Assembly (NCBI GenBank): GCA_038883855.1
Contig: JAVZLH010000019.1
Coordinates: forward strand, 1 to 15,617
Length of the DNA: 15,617 nt
Direction of reading: 5' to 3'
Source: Candidatus Bathyarchaeia archaeon
GTDB lineage: Archaea; Thermoproteota; Bathyarchaeia; Bathyarchaeales; Bathycorpusculaceae
Shown here piece by piece: positions 14,946-15,617 of this stretch (position 1 is the stretch's first letter; each line of letters begins with the position of its first letter). A model generated the notes under the pieces. It was not told the origin of the DNA, did no database searches, and was given only the letters and a program-made list of their open reading frames with translations. A program made the position numbers and the translations under genes.

Positions 14946-15617
14946 TCACGCTCTTGAAACCTTTCCGTTTAAGGTAAGCGTCTATTCCGCGGGCTACAGC
15001 CTTAAAAACGCCTAATCCTTTTAGGGCCACGGCTGTTCCAATTTGCACTGCTGACGCGCCTGCCAACATAAATTCTACAGCGTCACGCCAGTTTGTTATT
15101 CCGCCGCATCCAACAATTGGCACTTTTACTTTCTCGTAAATCTCGTATACACATCTTATGGCTATGGGCTTTATGGCTGGTCCTGACAACCCGCCGATTT
15201 TATTGCTTAGAATGGGTATTGCTGTTTCCGTGTCTATTGCCATGGCTTTAACCGTGTTTATGGCTGTTAAAGCATCGGCGCCAGCTTCCACAGCTGCTTC
15301 TGCTATTTTCACTATGTCAGTTACATTCGGGGATAACTTAACGAAAACAGGCTTGTAAACGACTGATTTAACGTTTTTAACAACTTCTTTCACAATTTCT
15401 GGGTTTTGCCCGATTTCGGAGCCTGTTTCTTTAACATGGGGGCATGAAATGTTAAGTTCAACAGCGTCAGCACCAGCAGCCGCAGCCTTCCAAGCTACTG
15501 TTGCATACTCTTCTTTTGAGTAGCCATACACGCTGACAATTAAGGGGGCTCCTAAAACCTTCTTTGCCTCCTCGATTTCCTTGTCGAATTCATCTATTCC
15601 AGGGTTTGGAAGCCCTA
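14914..15617 (-). CDS. pyrD: Dihydroorotate dehydrogenase family 1B catalytic subunit (5' end outside window)
   Basis: The frame is open to the window edge (GLPNPGIDEF...PLIVSVYG); ELNISCPH, VKLSPN, AINT, GGLSGPAIKP, GCGGI, VQIGTA. Confidence 0.97.
   Translation of the reverse strand, partial: GLPNPGIDEFDKEIEEAKKVLGAPLIVSVYGYSKEEYATVAWKAAAAGADAVELNISCPHVKETGSEIGQNPEIVKEVVKNVKSVVYKPVFVKLSPNVTDIVKIAEAAVEAGADALTAINTVKAMAIDTETAIPILSNKIGGLSGPAIKPIAIRCVYEIYEKVKVPIVGCGGITNWRDAVEFMLAGASAVQIGTAVALKGLGVFKAVARGIDAYLKRKGFKSVNEIVGLSHRS

Noticed and set aside
1282-15358. Antisense and alternate-frame ORFs in the track (e.g. 1282-1509, 1396-1701, 1972-2205, 2843-3049, 3305-3675, 4459-4776, 5131-5370, 6513-6854, 7887-9019, 10012-11305, 12692-13087, 14722-14931, 15158-15358)
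   Set aside because: They lie within or largely overlap well-supported genes and show no recognisable motifs; shadow ORFs.

Overview
Archaeal chromosomal segment. The archaeal-type IleRS, TATA/BRE promoters, NosD-repeat and PEF/PVGG-tailed surface proteins and the integrase style suggest Bathyarchaeia, but that is my inference. Intact genes: a MacB/LolCDE-type ABC permease and ATPase, a small PepSY-like protein, dinB, tRNA-Ala(CGC), ileS, an alpha/beta hydrolase, an ECF S component, an ArsR-like HTH regulator, a DUF4184-like membrane protein, pyrK and partial pyrD. The ORF track misses or misreads several things: (1) a secreted protein with ~122-aa DxDx(D/N)G repeats running off the left edge; (2) a decayed tyrosine-integrase pseudogene ending 37 bp from the tRNA-Ala 3' end, next to a doubly frameshifted DUF362 gene, probably a relic island; (3) an orphan start-less 'PVGG + hydrophobic + basic tail' C-terminal fragment behind a frameshifted NosD-repeat gene; (4) an ECF S component that appears to start at an ATA codon, with a palindrome just upstream of its promoter. 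I found no CRISPR array, intact mobile element or clearly new multi-gene system. The main signal is selective decay of accessory genes among intact core genes.
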